Shown here: piece by piece, positions 37,101 to 46,520 of the stretch
Position numbering within the stretch: position 1 is the first letter of the stretch
Layout of the letters: each line of letters opens with the position of its first letter
Virus record (IMG/VR): IMGVR_UViG_3300036760_000785
Span: 1-50,267 of that record
DNA length: 50,267 nucleotides
Reading direction: 5' to 3' (one strand)
Origin: a virus
Lineage: Duplodnaviria; Caudoviricetes
Translations under genes and position numbers: made by a program
Notes under the pieces: generated by a model
What the model was told of the DNA's origin: nothing
What the model saw: only the letters and a program-made list of their open reading frames with translations
Database searches by the model: none

Positions 37101-37821
37101 ATTGACGACGCTGGCAACCGCAATTGCAACTGCCGCCACGACTCTTGCCGCAGCCGCTGGACCTCTCGCCATCGTCTTGGGAATTGCATTGGCAGCCTAT
37201 GCTGGATTCACGCTGATTAAAAGTCTATTTGAAAAGGCACCATCAGGTGGTGATGTTACTTACTGGCTTAAAATGATTAAGGACAATTCTCAATGTATCA
37301 AGGACGTCCTTTTCATAAATTATTGGGAATGGATAACAAAAATCCTTGCTGCCGTTGAGAAGATAAGAGATACTGTCGGTGGAACTGTAGGTAAAACATC
37401 TTCGGATATGTGGAATAAACTGGATGAAATCAAAAGCGTATTAGTCGAAAAGCTCCATGCCATTGGCGAGATCCTCCGAGATATTAGGAGCGATATTCAT
37501 AGCCTAAACCAAAAAGTTACTTTCGGGACTAGGTGGCAGACTGGATTTGAGGGAATAGTGACAAGTCCCATAACACCGCTTATAGGCGAGGTGCCAGAGT
37601 ATGTCAAGGTCACGCCGCTGGCTGGCAAAGGCGGGACTACAGGAATGGGAATAGGTACAAACAATATCTCCGTCTCTATCAATATCCAGTCTTGGGATGG
37701 TGAGGATGTCGAACGATTTTTCCGAGGCAAAGGAAAGGATATGATTCTTGATTTGTTCCGACGCAATTCTGGCGGATTCACCCGTACCACAGAATTATAT
37801 TCTTCGAGATATAGGCAATAA
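34123..37821 (+). CDS. Tape measure protein
   Basis: 1232 aa, helical; FKKLGI...G.LKS.DDVL.ELAD; coiled-coil and Ala/Thr repeats. Confidence 0.92.
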   Translation: MAEGGAFVAGAILSKLLLDTRGWKEGIASVKKDQGEVSTAFTRAAEKVGTFGKILGGAGAAIVGTFGAMIKKSTDYGDTLIKTSERTGIAVEKLSSLKLSADKSDTSLGMLAKSIKFLGIHMIESTQKGSDQAEMFKKLGISATDSSGKLKSADDVLIELADVFKGMPDGVEKTNLAVKMFGKAGMEMIPMLNLGSEGLKADREETERLGLVWSTSAAQSARDFKDRLTELKGSLQGATFSIGKELIPVATGLVTKIKEVVIQIVGWIKTHPELVRTLGEVAIKAGGVMTAVGALLLILPKVIAGFQAIKTVSTLLMGAMTPLGVAIMAVAAAAIYATTLIMQLKAAKEQLKEATKRADAQEAILKEKLVEVAKAAGLNASVIDDLIKKYNGSVAAVAMAIKQGKEGKELQEASAKVGREHGAAIDEQREAYEKAHPKLKDFTMAMINSKEVEEKAIQVKKELAEAVKKIFDEIDPLKAIIKDNIDKQKTLTEAFQAGVISIGQYKTGMKYLEEEIRSFGSSVVNTALPAARNLNDVIGKAPGVMQEVNWTGFADAGKKSAETVSSAWQEVSTIISDMAKKWADALIGLLGISSSLAYKTKEFNDTVFKDMETVANATYDAIKARIDEQLAAVKKANEDERKGIEAKYKAAMTAVSEYYDKLIKEVNEHYDAATTKARQYYDGLMDVARKFYDAERDKAKEYYDALADAEDKAYDAREKKIRRAEEDEDIRYARKYDREREAIQNSTMSDEEKRKALLALEIAYEDAKLARERKREDEKEKREEAHEKKLAQIRERERQRDEQLQIQLQNRLLQLEKQRDARLEQLANQREARTRQLEKQREAREKQLLDQKEARETAAEARREAAEKQLLADLLAAQNAHQTELDNIRKAEDAARKAHADAEEARQKSLWNKIKTTVGNAIEDILKIFATKLFEKNIFKPLSDWASKTMGKEKGGVEDIVSSSCGKIKTTIGGLGTSIGTVFTTLATTIGTALTTLATAIATAATTLAAAAGPLAIVLGIALAAYAGFTLIKSLFEKAPSGGDVTYWLKMIKDNSQCIKDVLFINYWEWITKILAAVEKIRDTVGGTVGKTSSDMWNKLDEIKSVLVEKLHAIGEILRDIRSDIHSLNQKVTFGTRWQTGFEGIVTSPITPLIGEVPEYVKVTPLAGKGGTTGMGIGTNNISVSINIQSWDGEDVERFFRGKGKDMILDLFRRNSGGFTRTTELYSSRYRQ

Positions 37822-37823
37822 TT

Positions 37824-38621
37824 ATGACCACTAAATTGACATACGTCACATTAATCGATGACCTGATTGGCTCGCTCGGAGCCGCAGATATCGAGTTTAT
37901 TAATGAGATTGCTGATTATCCTGGTACCAAAATCACCACAATTGAGATGGCGGATACGGCCAGGGCAACCCCGCCTACAAAACTGCGACTTAATTTCGGA
38001 GTTGACAAGTATGCTAGATTTTGGGCGATCCTAAATCATAATATTATAGATGGAGACTTATTAATTACTTCCTATAATGATGAATTTGTGACGCCAAGCG
38101 GGGAATCAATGGTCATCCCATTCCGCACAGGCGATATGAAAGGTTACGGTGCAGCACTTTCGGCAAAGCAATATTGGGAGGTTGACCCCTCGGGATGCTC
38201 GTTTGCTGATGCATTTTTTGAAATTGGCAAAGTCATTGCTGCTCCAACTGTCTATACGTTTGCCAATAATTATTCAGATTTCCAACGAGGATTGATTTAT
38301 AGAAACATCTATAATGAGACTGTCGGTGGCGTCACGTATGCACACAGAATTGCTACAAGGCGCTTCAAACTTGATATCAGCTGGAATGCATCACTCGTTT
38401 CTTCTGCCTTGTCAGAGATATTAACTTTGCTTGAACTTACAAGCGGCGGTGCATTTCCGTTTCTCTTGATCCCAGATAATTCGGAGGCTGAATTCTACTA
38501 TGTCCGTGCGGATGATACAGCTACGTGGCGGGAAAGCGCAAACCGGGCATATCTTACGGGATTGACACTTAGTGCCATAGAACTTTCACGCGGGAAAATT
38601 CAGGTTGAGACATCACCATGA
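37824..38621 (+). CDS. Distal tail protein (putative)
   Basis: Directly follows the TMP; AILNHN, FFEIGKV, PFLLIPD. Confidence 0.6.
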   Translation: MTTKLTYVTLIDDLIGSLGAADIEFINEIADYPGTKITTIEMADTARATPPTKLRLNFGVDKYARFWAILNHNIIDGDLLITSYNDEFVTPSGESMVIPFRTGDMKGYGAALSAKQYWEVDPSGCSFADAFFEIGKVIAAPTVYTFANNYSDFQRGLIYRNIYNETVGGVTYAHRIATRRFKLDISWNASLVSSALSEILTLLELTSGGAFPFLLIPDNSEAEFYYVRADDTATWRESANRAYLTGLTLSAIELSRGKIQVETSP

Positions 38622-40252
38622 GCTGGCAGACTGAGGCAGATAAATTCGTCAATGATCCCGTCGTGCTTTGTGATCTTGCCCTTTCGAGTGGCATATTGCG
38701 ATGGTCAACAGATTTCGTTCGTCCAGAGAGTAGTACCGCATATGTAGGACAGATTCTTTCCCTCCCAATAATCGGTACATCCATTGGCGATCTTGCTCGG
38801 ACATTCGATTTTGCAACTGTCAAAATAATTCTGGCCGACCCAGAGAGGTTGCTTCGTGAGGCGGCGGAGACAGAAGGCATCAAAAATAAAACACTAACAA
38901 TTAAAATCTCATTTTCAAACATTGACTTGGATAATGCCTTGGTGGTATTTACGGGCCGTATCTATCAGTATAAACCACTTGATGGTTTACGTTACGAGAT
39001 TGAGGCGGAACAAACAATTAAGAATATGTTCGAACTCTATCCTGACAAAAATATCAATTCCACAGATTATCCATCAGCCTTCAGCGGCGTATTGGGTCTG
39101 GTTATTCCAGTGGTCTGGGGCACCGTCTCATCGGTAGATGGGCCATGCAGAACATTCATGGTTGATGAAACGCAAGATGCTGAGAAACATCTTGTTGGCC
39201 TTCAGCACGGCGGGCCGCTTACGGTGACGAATGTCAGGCTGAATGGCGTTTTGAAAACCGAAATAACTCATTATACAATCACCACTCAAACAATTGATGG
39301 AAAAGTTCATACGTTGATTTCTTGGGTAGCTGGCGTGAGGCCAATTTCCTCCGATCTGGTTACCTGTAATGCAGCCTTCACGAGCCAGGGCCCGGTTAAG
39401 GCCATAAAGTTTTTTATGATTAATTTTTGCGGTTATGAAGAGGCGGATTTTGACGCGACTAGCTATACAGCAGCTGTGGCAGAAGAAGATGCTAGAGGAT
39501 ATACACTGGATGGGATCATGAATGGGGAAAAAATGCTAGCGTCTTGGATTGACCAAATTCGAAATGAGTTCGAACTAGATGTCTGGCTCGATATGTCAGT
39601 GGGAAAAATCAAATTCCAATATCTTGGACAAGCCCTGGATACTGGAACGACAAAATGGTTTCATGATTATCTGGACATCATTAATTATGAGCCTGACCAG
39701 AAAATAGACCTTCTCATGAATTGGTGCCGTCCGGGCTATAATTATGATTATGTGCAGCAAAATTTCAAGAACTATGGATTTGCAGAGGATGCTGACAGCC
39801 AAACAAAATATGGCGCGGTCTATAAAAGCTATCCAACAACTTATTTCATCCGTAATTCTGATATCGCCGATGATATAGCCGTGTGGAAAGTGGTGCGACA
39901 GCGAAACCCTATTAAATTTGAAAAGTTTCAATTGCCACTGAAGACTTTCTCACTCTCGCTGGCTGAAGTTGTCCGATTCACACATTTTGATGGTCCTGGA
40001 ATCGGCGGATATGATGGTGAATTTTTCCAACTGCGAAAATCGGAGCTTGACTTAAACCAACTTACCCTGTCTGGCATTTTCGAGAACATTGCGAATTTCT
40101 ACGGAAATGAAATGATTTTGGGTAACGAGGATACCCTAGCGCCCGATTGGTTATCCGCTCCGCCAGAAGACCAATATTATGCATATATGGCGGATGAGAC
40201 AACGGGCAAATTCTCAAATGGCGATGAAGGAAAACATATGAATAGCGAGTAA
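38618..40252 (+). CDS. Tail tip/baseplate hub protein
   Basis: IPVVWG, DADSQTKYG, LSLAEVVRFTH; position. Confidence 0.7.
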   Translation: MSWQTEADKFVNDPVVLCDLALSSGILRWSTDFVRPESSTAYVGQILSLPIIGTSIGDLARTFDFATVKIILADPERLLREAAETEGIKNKTLTIKISFSNIDLDNALVVFTGRIYQYKPLDGLRYEIEAEQTIKNMFELYPDKNINSTDYPSAFSGVLGLVIPVVWGTVSSVDGPCRTFMVDETQDAEKHLVGLQHGGPLTVTNVRLNGVLKTEITHYTITTQTIDGKVHTLISWVAGVRPISSDLVTCNAAFTSQGPVKAIKFFMINFCGYEEADFDATSYTAAVAEEDARGYTLDGIMNGEKMLASWIDQIRNEFELDVWLDMSVGKIKFQYLGQALDTGTTKWFHDYLDIINYEPDQKIDLLMNWCRPGYNYDYVQQNFKNYGFAEDADSQTKYGAVYKSYPTTYFIRNSDIADDIAVWKVVRQRNPIKFEKFQLPLKTFSLSLAEVVRFTHFDGPGIGGYDGEFFQLRKSELDLNQLTLSGIFENIANFYGNEMILGNEDTLAPDWLSAPPEDQYYAYMADETTGKFSNGDEGKHMNSE

Positions 40253-40270
40253 TTTGGGAGGTGAACTAAA

Positions 40271-42286
40271 ATGGGATTAATTGATGGAAGCGATGCAGTA
40301 ATCAACCAGGTATTCGGCTATCAATCCTATAACCGACTCAAAAATAATTTCTCATCAATTACAGAGCCCTCCGATTTGCAGGAGGGGATGCTGTGGTACG
40401 ATGAGGCAAATGAAGCACTAAAGCTGAAAAAGGCAGCAGGGCCACTGGTGGATGTGTATCCAGTAGCAAGTGTTATTCCAGAAGGGACGATTATCGCGCA
40501 GGTTGGCGGATATTATGCCGATGGAAACAATGGCGGCTATACCCCCGCTCTAGGTGCTAATACGGTGGCAGCTGTCAATGCGAGGCTTAATGCGGCCGGG
40601 TGGTATGTTTGCGATGGTTCACCATTAAATCTTGCGGAAAGTACAATATTCAATGGTCCGGGCCGCTACCTCCCAAATCTTACTGATTCAAGGTTTCTGC
40701 AAGGCTACACTGCGGCGGGCGGAATCGGTGGAGAGAATACAAATAGCCATACACACGCGGTGGGGACACTGGCGAATGCGGCGGAAGCAAGTCATACCCA
40801 CGGAGCCACGGGGTTATCAAATGCGGCGGAAGCAAGTCATACCCATGCAGCTGGGGCAATCACGGTAAATGCAGAGGCATCGCATACCCATGCAGTCGGG
40901 ACGTTAGCAAACGCGGCGGAGGCGACGCATACTCATGGAGCCACGGGGCTATCAAATGCGGCAGAAGCAACGCATACCCATGCTATTAGCGGAAATACAG
41001 CCGCAGAGGCAAGTCACACCCATGCAGCTGGAACATTGACTGCAGCAGCACATACGCATGGGGCTACTGGGCTATCAAACGCGGCGGAGGCGACGCATAC
41101 CCATGCGGCTGGGGCAATTACGGTCAATGCGGAAGCATCTCATACCCATGATGCATCGGATGCAGGTGGGGCGTTGGTAAATGCGGCGGAGGCGACGCAT
41201 ACCCATGCGGCTGGGGCAATCACAGTCAATGCGGAAGCAGCGCATACCCATAATGCGTCGGATGTAAATGGGGCATTGGTAAATGCGGCGGAAGCAAGTC
41301 ATACCCACGCAGCTGGGGCAATCACGGTTAATGCAGAGGCATCGCATACCCATGCGGTCGGGACATTAGCGAATGCAGCAGAAGCAGCACATACCCACGG
41401 AGTCGGCACAATGTATGCAGTGAATGAGGCATCCCATACGCACTCTATTAACCCTCCAAGTACAGATTCTGGTCATTCCTCTTTAACAACGTCGATGAGA
41501 GAAGGTACAGGAAGTTTGCTTTATGTAGCTGACGAGGACCACCTTCATAGTGTCAATATTGATCCTTTTACCTCTGGTGCGGGTTCATCGCATTTCCACA
41601 ATTTAGATGGAACATCTGGTGCAGGCTCATCGCATAACCATGCAATTTCTGGCTCTACGGCCGCAGGCTCTTCGCATACCCACACCGCATCGGGTGCCGC
41701 CACGGGCGCGGGTTCGTCCCACAACCATGCGATTAGCGGAAAGACGGCCGCAGGCTCTTCGCATACTCATACTGCATCAGGTGCCGCCACGGGCGCGGGT
41801 TCGTCCCACAACCATGCGATTAGCGGAAAGACGGCCGCAGGCTCTTCGCATACTCATACTGCATCAGGTGCCGCCACGGGTGCGGGTTCGTCCCATAACC
41901 ATGCGATTAGTGGAGCGACTGCCAGTGCGACTCCAGCCGTATCAGGTTCTACGGCGGCAGGTTCAAGCCATTTACACGGCATTTCAATTACGAGTGCGGC
42001 CGGTTCATCGCACACCCACGCAATTTCAGGCTCCACAGCAGCAGGCTCATCGCATAACCATGCAATTTCTGGCTCTACGGCCGCAGGCTCTTCGCATACC
42101 CACACCGCATCGGGTGCTGCCACAGGTGCTGGCTCATCGCACACCCACGCAATTTCAGGCTCCACGGCGGCGGGCACGTCGCATACCCATACGATTTCAG
42201 GAGCATCCGCAGTACCGTCAGATACAGAGAACAGGCCCAAGTTTTTAAATTGCTTTTATTTGATTTATGTTCTTGCGGGTCTATAA
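40271..42286 (+). CDS. Tail fibre with collar domain and 31 HxH metal-binding repeats
   Basis: Collar-like IPEGTI...GWYVCDG...LPNLTDSRFLQG; HTH/HNH repeats; C-terminal ENRPKFLNCFYLI. Confidence 0.88.
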   Translation: MGLIDGSDAVINQVFGYQSYNRLKNNFSSITEPSDLQEGMLWYDEANEALKLKKAAGPLVDVYPVASVIPEGTIIAQVGGYYADGNNGGYTPALGANTVAAVNARLNAAGWYVCDGSPLNLAESTIFNGPGRYLPNLTDSRFLQGYTAAGGIGGENTNSHTHAVGTLANAAEASHTHGATGLSNAAEASHTHAAGAITVNAEASHTHAVGTLANAAEATHTHGATGLSNAAEATHTHAISGNTAAEASHTHAAGTLTAAAHTHGATGLSNAAEATHTHAAGAITVNAEASHTHDASDAGGALVNAAEATHTHAAGAITVNAEAAHTHNASDVNGALVNAAEASHTHAAGAITVNAEASHTHAVGTLANAAEAAHTHGVGTMYAVNEASHTHSINPPSTDSGHSSLTTSMREGTGSLLYVADEDHLHSVNIDPFTSGAGSSHFHNLDGTSGAGSSHNHAISGSTAAGSSHTHTASGAATGAGSSHNHAISGKTAAGSSHTHTASGAATGAGSSHNHAISGKTAAGSSHTHTASGAATGAGSSHNHAISGATASATPAVSGSTAAGSSHLHGISITSAAGSSHTHAISGSTAAGSSHNHAISGSTAAGSSHTHTASGAATGAGSSHTHAISGSTAAGTSHTHTISGASAVPSDTENRPKFLNCFYLIYVLAGL

Positions 42287-42314
42287 TATAACTATCAACA
42301 TAGAGGAGGATATC

Positions 42315-42578
42315 ATGAGTTATGAGGTAAAATACAAAACTCCTAGAGCATGGTTCTGGAAAACCATAAAAAACGTCAGAGGAGACTTGTTTTTTTGTGA
42401 TGACCGGCCAGGTGGGTCGAATCAACCGCTTCCCGTGAGGGTGATGGTGCTTGAGGATAATACAAGAATCGAGTTGCCGATGAACAACTTGATTTTAAAA
42501 TTTTCCCCAGCCCGATTTCTCGATGTCATTCAGAGAGTTGAAGCCGAGACGGGCCAGACTTTAAAAATAAAAAAATGA
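42315..42578 (+). CDS. Hypothetical protein
   Basis: RBS GAGGAGG before ATG 42315. Confidence 0.65.
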   Translation: MSYEVKYKTPRAWFWKTIKNVRGDLFFCDDRPGGSNQPLPVRVMVLEDNTRIELPMNNLILKFSPARFLDVIQRVEAETGQTLKIKK

Positions 42579-43528
42579 ACGAGAACGATCTTAACTATTT
42601 AGCTGGGATTGTCTCTGCTATTCAAAAGCGTCTTGCATTATTGGCTGGACTCACTTCCTTTGGCATGGCAAATTATTTAGTTGGTATGAATGCTGCTGCA
42701 AATGCCCTGGAGTACAAGCAACTTCTGGGTACGACGAACCAGATAACCGTAACTCATGCGGCAGGCTCAATAACGTTGGCTGCACCGCAGGATTTGCATA
42801 CAGGGGCAGGCCCGACCTTCGACCATGTTCATCTGACGAGTGGAATAATATCTACAGGTTCAATTAAAGTTACTACGGATGGAGTAAAATTTGAACTATA
42901 TGAAAGTGATGTACCCGAAACAGATGCCTACCTGAAACTGCTAAACTCAACTACATTACCAGGAGTTTTTGGACCTATATTTTATGGAAAATCAAACTAT
43001 AGTTCTATCGTTGGACTATATCTTGTCGGTGACACTACTGATGATGCGGGTACAGCGCCTATAGTCTTGATGTCTGCAAGACAAAATAATACTACGGTGG
43101 CTACTAGACCTCTTTTTGCTATTGGGAATTATGCTACTTTGAGAATGGAAGTTCTCCCTTTAGGAGAAATACAAACACTGCCTTCTGATAGAGCAGCTTC
43201 GCCAGTTTATTGTACAGGTCCTCTCAACTTTTTTGGGTACAACGCTTCCAAAGCAGATGATGCGATTATATATCTCCCCCCTGTCACTACTAACGGTTTT
43301 GGGGTAGTGATAGCCAGTCCTTCTGGAGCAACGATAGCAGAGAGAACTCAATTTTTTGTAGACAATGATGGCGATGTTACACTCATAAACAATTCAACGA
43401 ATGTGGTTGCGAACGCTGATACAGACACCAAACTTTGCATCGGGACAGCAGCAGCACAAGAACCGCTTCAAATCAAGAATAGACTTGGAGGAACTAGGAT
43501 TCTGAACATTATGTTTTGGTACGACTGA
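42575..43528 (+). CDS. Putative tail fibre/receptor-binding protein
   Basis: GTTNQITVT..AGSITL..PQDLHT...PTF motif; beta-rich. Confidence 0.6.
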   Translation: MNENDLNYLAGIVSAIQKRLALLAGLTSFGMANYLVGMNAAANALEYKQLLGTTNQITVTHAAGSITLAAPQDLHTGAGPTFDHVHLTSGIISTGSIKVTTDGVKFELYESDVPETDAYLKLLNSTTLPGVFGPIFYGKSNYSSIVGLYLVGDTTDDAGTAPIVLMSARQNNTTVATRPLFAIGNYATLRMEVLPLGEIQTLPSDRAASPVYCTGPLNFFGYNASKADDAIIYLPPVTTNGFGVVIASPSGATIAERTQFFVDNDGDVTLINNSTNVVANADTDTKLCIGTAAAQEPLQIKNRLGGTRILNIMFWYD

Positions 43529-43534
43529 GGAAAA

Positions 43535-44485
43535 ATGAAAACATATATCGGAACTAGCATTTACGAGATTATCACGCAGGACTTGGAGGCTATCAAAACT
43601 TTCTTGAAGAAGTTGCATGACGCTGGTGGGAATGCTACGGAGATGTTTTTCATTTTTACGTGGTGGGGTGGTGAGCAATTTCAGCCTTACCCCATCGTTG
43701 GACAGAAGGAAGAGGATGGCATAATAAGTCCTCTTTGTGATTTATCCCAATGGAACTTGCTCGCCTGGGCGAAGTGGAAGCAAGTTTTCAAAACCTGTGC
43801 AGAAAATAAAATCACGCCATTCATCCGAATACATGACTTTTGTTCTCTGAAAGACCGCATTGGTAAGAGAAAATATTGCTTCATAAACAATGTCCAGCGA
43901 GAGAAAGGACAACTTCATGGTGGGATTTGGGAAGTGCCGGTTAGGAAGTATTATTCAAGATTAAATCAGGTTCTAATTAACAAGTTGAAGGATGCTGGTG
44001 TAAAAGAATATTTCTTTATTCCCATGAACGAGGCTGACGTTCTTGATGGAGGTTGGAGCGAGGAAGAAAAGGACAGAGTAAATATAGATTTTCATAAATG
44101 GTATCTGAAAGACTTGACTTCTAGGGGTGTCCCGAAATCTCACATAATTATGAATCCAAGCAGAAATATCAAAGAAACAGAAGCCCTCGGCTGTCGGCTT
44201 GAATATCATGGCGTCAACAGTCCCGAGACGCTGAAGCTTGGCTTGGCTAAATTCTCAAAAGGCTTCCCTAACGGCGACGGCCACGATAGCTTTGCAAAAG
44301 GACGAGCAGACTACCAGGGTTGGAAAGAGCCGAGCATTAGCCAGGCTAAAGCGATGGGAAAGTTGCTCAAGGGGACGTTCGGGTATTGTTATTTCAATAG
44401 GGCAACAGAAACTAATAAAAAATGTGATATAACCCGAGCCAAATTCGATGTTGTCAAGGAATTAGCCAATCAGATTTTTGGCTGA
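43535..44485 (+). CDS. Putative glycoside-hydrolase-like TIM-barrel protein
   Basis: DLSQWN...W, PMNE motif; fold is inferred. Confidence 0.45.
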   Translation: MKTYIGTSIYEIITQDLEAIKTFLKKLHDAGGNATEMFFIFTWWGGEQFQPYPIVGQKEEDGIISPLCDLSQWNLLAWAKWKQVFKTCAENKITPFIRIHDFCSLKDRIGKRKYCFINNVQREKGQLHGGIWEVPVRKYYSRLNQVLINKLKDAGVKEYFFIPMNEADVLDGGWSEEEKDRVNIDFHKWYLKDLTSRGVPKSHIIMNPSRNIKETEALGCRLEYHGVNSPETLKLGLAKFSKGFPNGDGHDSFAKGRADYQGWKEPSISQAKAMGKLLKGTFGYCYFNRATETNKKCDITRAKFDVVKELANQIFG

Positions 44486-44640
44486 AATTTCCTGGCAAGA
44501 TATTCCTTGATAGCCTGCCGAATCACTGAGGCCATCGTTCTCATTTCGGCAGCTGCCATCTCAGAAAGTTGTTGGTGATGTTCTTTTGATATGCGGACAA
44601 TAACCGCCTGAGTTTCTTTGGTTTTAGATTTTTCTTTCAT
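44470..44640 (-). CDS. Ribbon-helix-helix (CopG/Arc-like) regulator, 56 aa
   Basis: QAVIVRISKEHHQQLSEMAAAEMRTMASVIRQAIKEYL; RBS AAGGAG; missing from the ORF track. Confidence 0.8.
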   Translation of the reverse strand: MKEKSKTKETQAVIVRISKEHHQQLSEMAAAEMRTMASVIRQAIKEYLARKFQPKI

Positions 44641-44701
44641 TTTTCTCCTTTGCCCGGCCTTGCCACCGAGCCGGCGTTTACGGCGGCTCTCGCCGCCTGG
44701 C

Positions 44702-45439
44702 TCACCTCAACATTGGATATAAATATTCCATTAACTTTTTTGTCTGCCATTTTCTCTCTGCGTCCCAAGCTGTATCCCAAACTGCGGCCCTGGTTACATT
44801 CTCGGCTATGTCCTCGGCTGCATTCTCGGCTGCGGCCCTGGCTGCGGCCCTAGCTGCGCCCCAGACTGCGTCCCTGGCTACATTCTTAACTGCGGCCCTG
44901 GCTGCGGCCCCGGCTGCGTCCTTGGCTGCGGAACTGGCTGCGGCCCCGGCTGCACCCTCGGCTGCGTCCCAGGCTGCGTCCTCGGCTGCACCCTCGGCTG
45001 CGGCCTCGGCTGCGGCCTTGGCTGCAAATAGCTCCTTTTCTGTGATGCTCCCCTGAAGGTATTTTTCCGCAGCCTCAATCGCCTTGCGGGGCCGGTGATC
45101 TTTCGGATAATATTTTTCATACACCGGAAGAACCCTTCTTGCAACTTCGCAGGCAAAGAGTCTTGCAGTCTTTTCATTCCAAGTTTTTACCTTCCGCCCA
45201 AGTCTTGCCTCCTGCACTACGATTTTATTGCCATCTTCTATCCTTTCACCCCTAGCCTCTACTTCCCAGATTTCCTCATTCAACCATTCAATTACGTTGT
45301 CTTTTGTACAGAGATGAATGCCATTCTGGCAAACCTTCATCTCTCCCTCTGCCTTAATCCACTTCCGTAGGGGCCAATGAAATTCAGAATATGGCGCCCA
45401 TCTGCCTTTTTTTAGAGCCTTAAAAAGTATTTCTTTCAT
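44702..45439 (-). CDS. Imm5-like domain protein with Ala-rich 4-residue repeats
   Basis: CQNGIHLC; ARLFACEVARRVLPVYE..YP.D.RPRKAIEAA; AAxx repeats from a 12-bp period; AERKWQ. Confidence 0.7.
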   Translation of the reverse strand: MKEILFKALKKGRWAPYSEFHWPLRKWIKAEGEMKVCQNGIHLCTKDNVIEWLNEEIWEVEARGERIEDGNKIVVQEARLGRKVKTWNEKTARLFACEVARRVLPVYEKYYPKDHRPRKAIEAAEKYLQGSITEKELFAAKAAAEAAAEGAAEDAAWDAAEGAAGAAASSAAKDAAGAAARAAVKNVARDAVWGAARAAARAAAENAAEDIAENVTRAAVWDTAWDAERKWQTKKLMEYLYPMLR

Positions 45440-45473
45440 TTTTTCCTCCTCTTTTATTTTTCATTTCAATAAT

Positions 45474-45502
45474 AATATAATACATTTTATAGTGTTTGTC
45501 AA
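45474..45502 (-). promoter_or_regulatory. Leftward sigma70-type promoter
   Basis: TTGACA-17 nt-TATATT on the minus strand. Confidence 0.7.
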
Positions 45503-45656
45503 GTAAAATCTTCATATTTTCTTCAACTATTTTGGCACTTTTTGGCAACGAAAATGACAATTTTTGCCCATCTAAACCTTGCCCAACTATGCATGTTTTG
45601 TGCCAAATAAACAAAAACAACAGAATATTTATTTTCCATTTTTTTTAAAAAATAAC

Positions 45657-45684
45657 TTGACAATTAATAAATATATGATAAAAT
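45657..45684 (+). promoter_or_regulatory. Rightward early sigma70-type promoter
   Basis: TTGACA-16 nt-TAAAAT with extended -10 TG. Confidence 0.7.
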
Positions 45685-45697
45685 AAGGCTAAAGAAA

Positions 45698-45901
45698 ATG
45701 AATAACCTAATTGAACTTTTAAGAAAAACACTTTCGGAAAAAGGGTTGTCACCTGAACGAGCTTGTCATTATATCGGATGTTCGGGAAATGAAATTAGAC
45801 GTTGGTTTAAGGGTATTTCGAAGCCGACCCCGTTATACCAAAAGGCAATCAAAGAGGGCATTGAAAAAATAAAGCGTGAAGAAGAGGGCGGGGAGAATTG
45901 A
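45698..45901 (+). CDS. Cro-like XRE HTH regulator
   Basis: GLSPERACHYIGCSGNEIRRWFKGISKP; first gene after the divergent promoters. Confidence 0.85.
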   Translation: MNNLIELLRKTLSEKGLSPERACHYIGCSGNEIRRWFKGISKPTPLYQKAIKEGIEKIKREEEGGEN

Positions 45902-45920
45902 AAGAGAAAAAGGAGAGTGA

Positions 45921-45971
45921 GGGAAGTGCTATGTCCACTGTGGGAAATCCTACTATTGATGTGCCTTTCCC
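45921..45971 (+). ncRNA. TIGR-like dual-spacer unit 1
   Basis: GGGAAGTGCTA-TGTCCACTG-TGGGAAATCCTA-CTATTGATG-TGCCTTTCCC within a closing stem. Confidence 0.6.
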
Positions 45972-46070
45972 TTTCCTCTTTTTTTTTAGCCATTATCGTC
46001 TACTAGGCTGCGTTAAATGCGTTAACAACGCTAACCAGGGCTAACGGCTTGTTTAAAGAGGAAATCAGGC

Positions 46071-46274
46071 GTGACAGGAAAAAACAAAGAGGGCTTAAAA
46101 TCGAAGCCATGCAAAGAATGTTCTATTCTTTTTCAACCCAAAAGGTCATGGCAAGAATATCATTCCGATTCCTGTCGGTATAAAGCTTGGATGCGTAGAA
46201 GAAAATTAGATGGCCCAAAAATTCGAGACCTTGAAACTCGCCTCAAAAAAATTGAGGAGAAACTTGGATTATAA
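46071..46274 (+). CDS. Small Zn-binding protein
   Basis: CKEC..F.PKR..Q.YHSDSCR. Confidence 0.65.
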   Translation: MTGKNKEGLKSKPCKECSILFQPKRSWQEYHSDSCRYKAWMRRRKLDGPKIRDLETRLKKIEEKLGL

Positions 46275-46277
46275 ATC

Positions 46278-46463
46278 ATGAAGAAAAATAAAGGAGAAAA
46301 AATGAGACCGGATACAGAATGGATGCTTTGGAATGACCTGCTAAATGGCGACGTTAAAAAAGTGGAGGTGTTTTTTTCTCGGGATGAAATAGAAAGTGCA
46401 TTTTTTTCACTAATAAAAAAAACAAAACAAAATTATTATGATTGGAAAATGGGGAAAAAATGA
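46278..46463 (+). CDS. Hypothetical protein (may start at 46302)
   Basis: ORF with internal RBS AAGGAG. Confidence 0.5.
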   Translation: MKKNKGEKMRPDTEWMLWNDLLNGDVKKVEVFFSRDEIESAFFSLIKKTKQNYYDWKMGKK

Positions 46464-46469
46464 ACATAG

Positions 46470-46520
46470 GGGAAGTGCTAATAGAGGCTTGGGAAATCCT
46501 ACAAAAGGCATGCCTTCCTC
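46470..46520 (+). ncRNA. TIGR-like dual-spacer unit 2
   Basis: GGGAAGTGCTA-ATAGAGGCT-TGGGAAATCCTA-CAAAAGGCA-TGCCTTCCTC; same repeats as unit 1, different 9-mers. Confidence 0.6.

Noticed and set aside
41607-42248. 213-aa overlapping ORF in the tail fibre gene; repeats as a DGR template/variable pair
   Set aside because: This is a frame shadow of coding repeats. No reverse transcriptase is present and the differences are not adenine-specific.
44650-45177. Alternative-frame ORFs over the 12-bp repeat
   Set aside because: They are shadows of the Ala-rich repeat in the 44702-45439 gene.
45403-45420. 15/18 match to reverse-complement(spacer B)+spacer A of TIGR-like unit 2
   Set aside because: It has three mismatches, the order is opposite to the one I expect, and the sequence is T-rich. 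It is plausible by chance given the arrangements tried, though worth a formal test.
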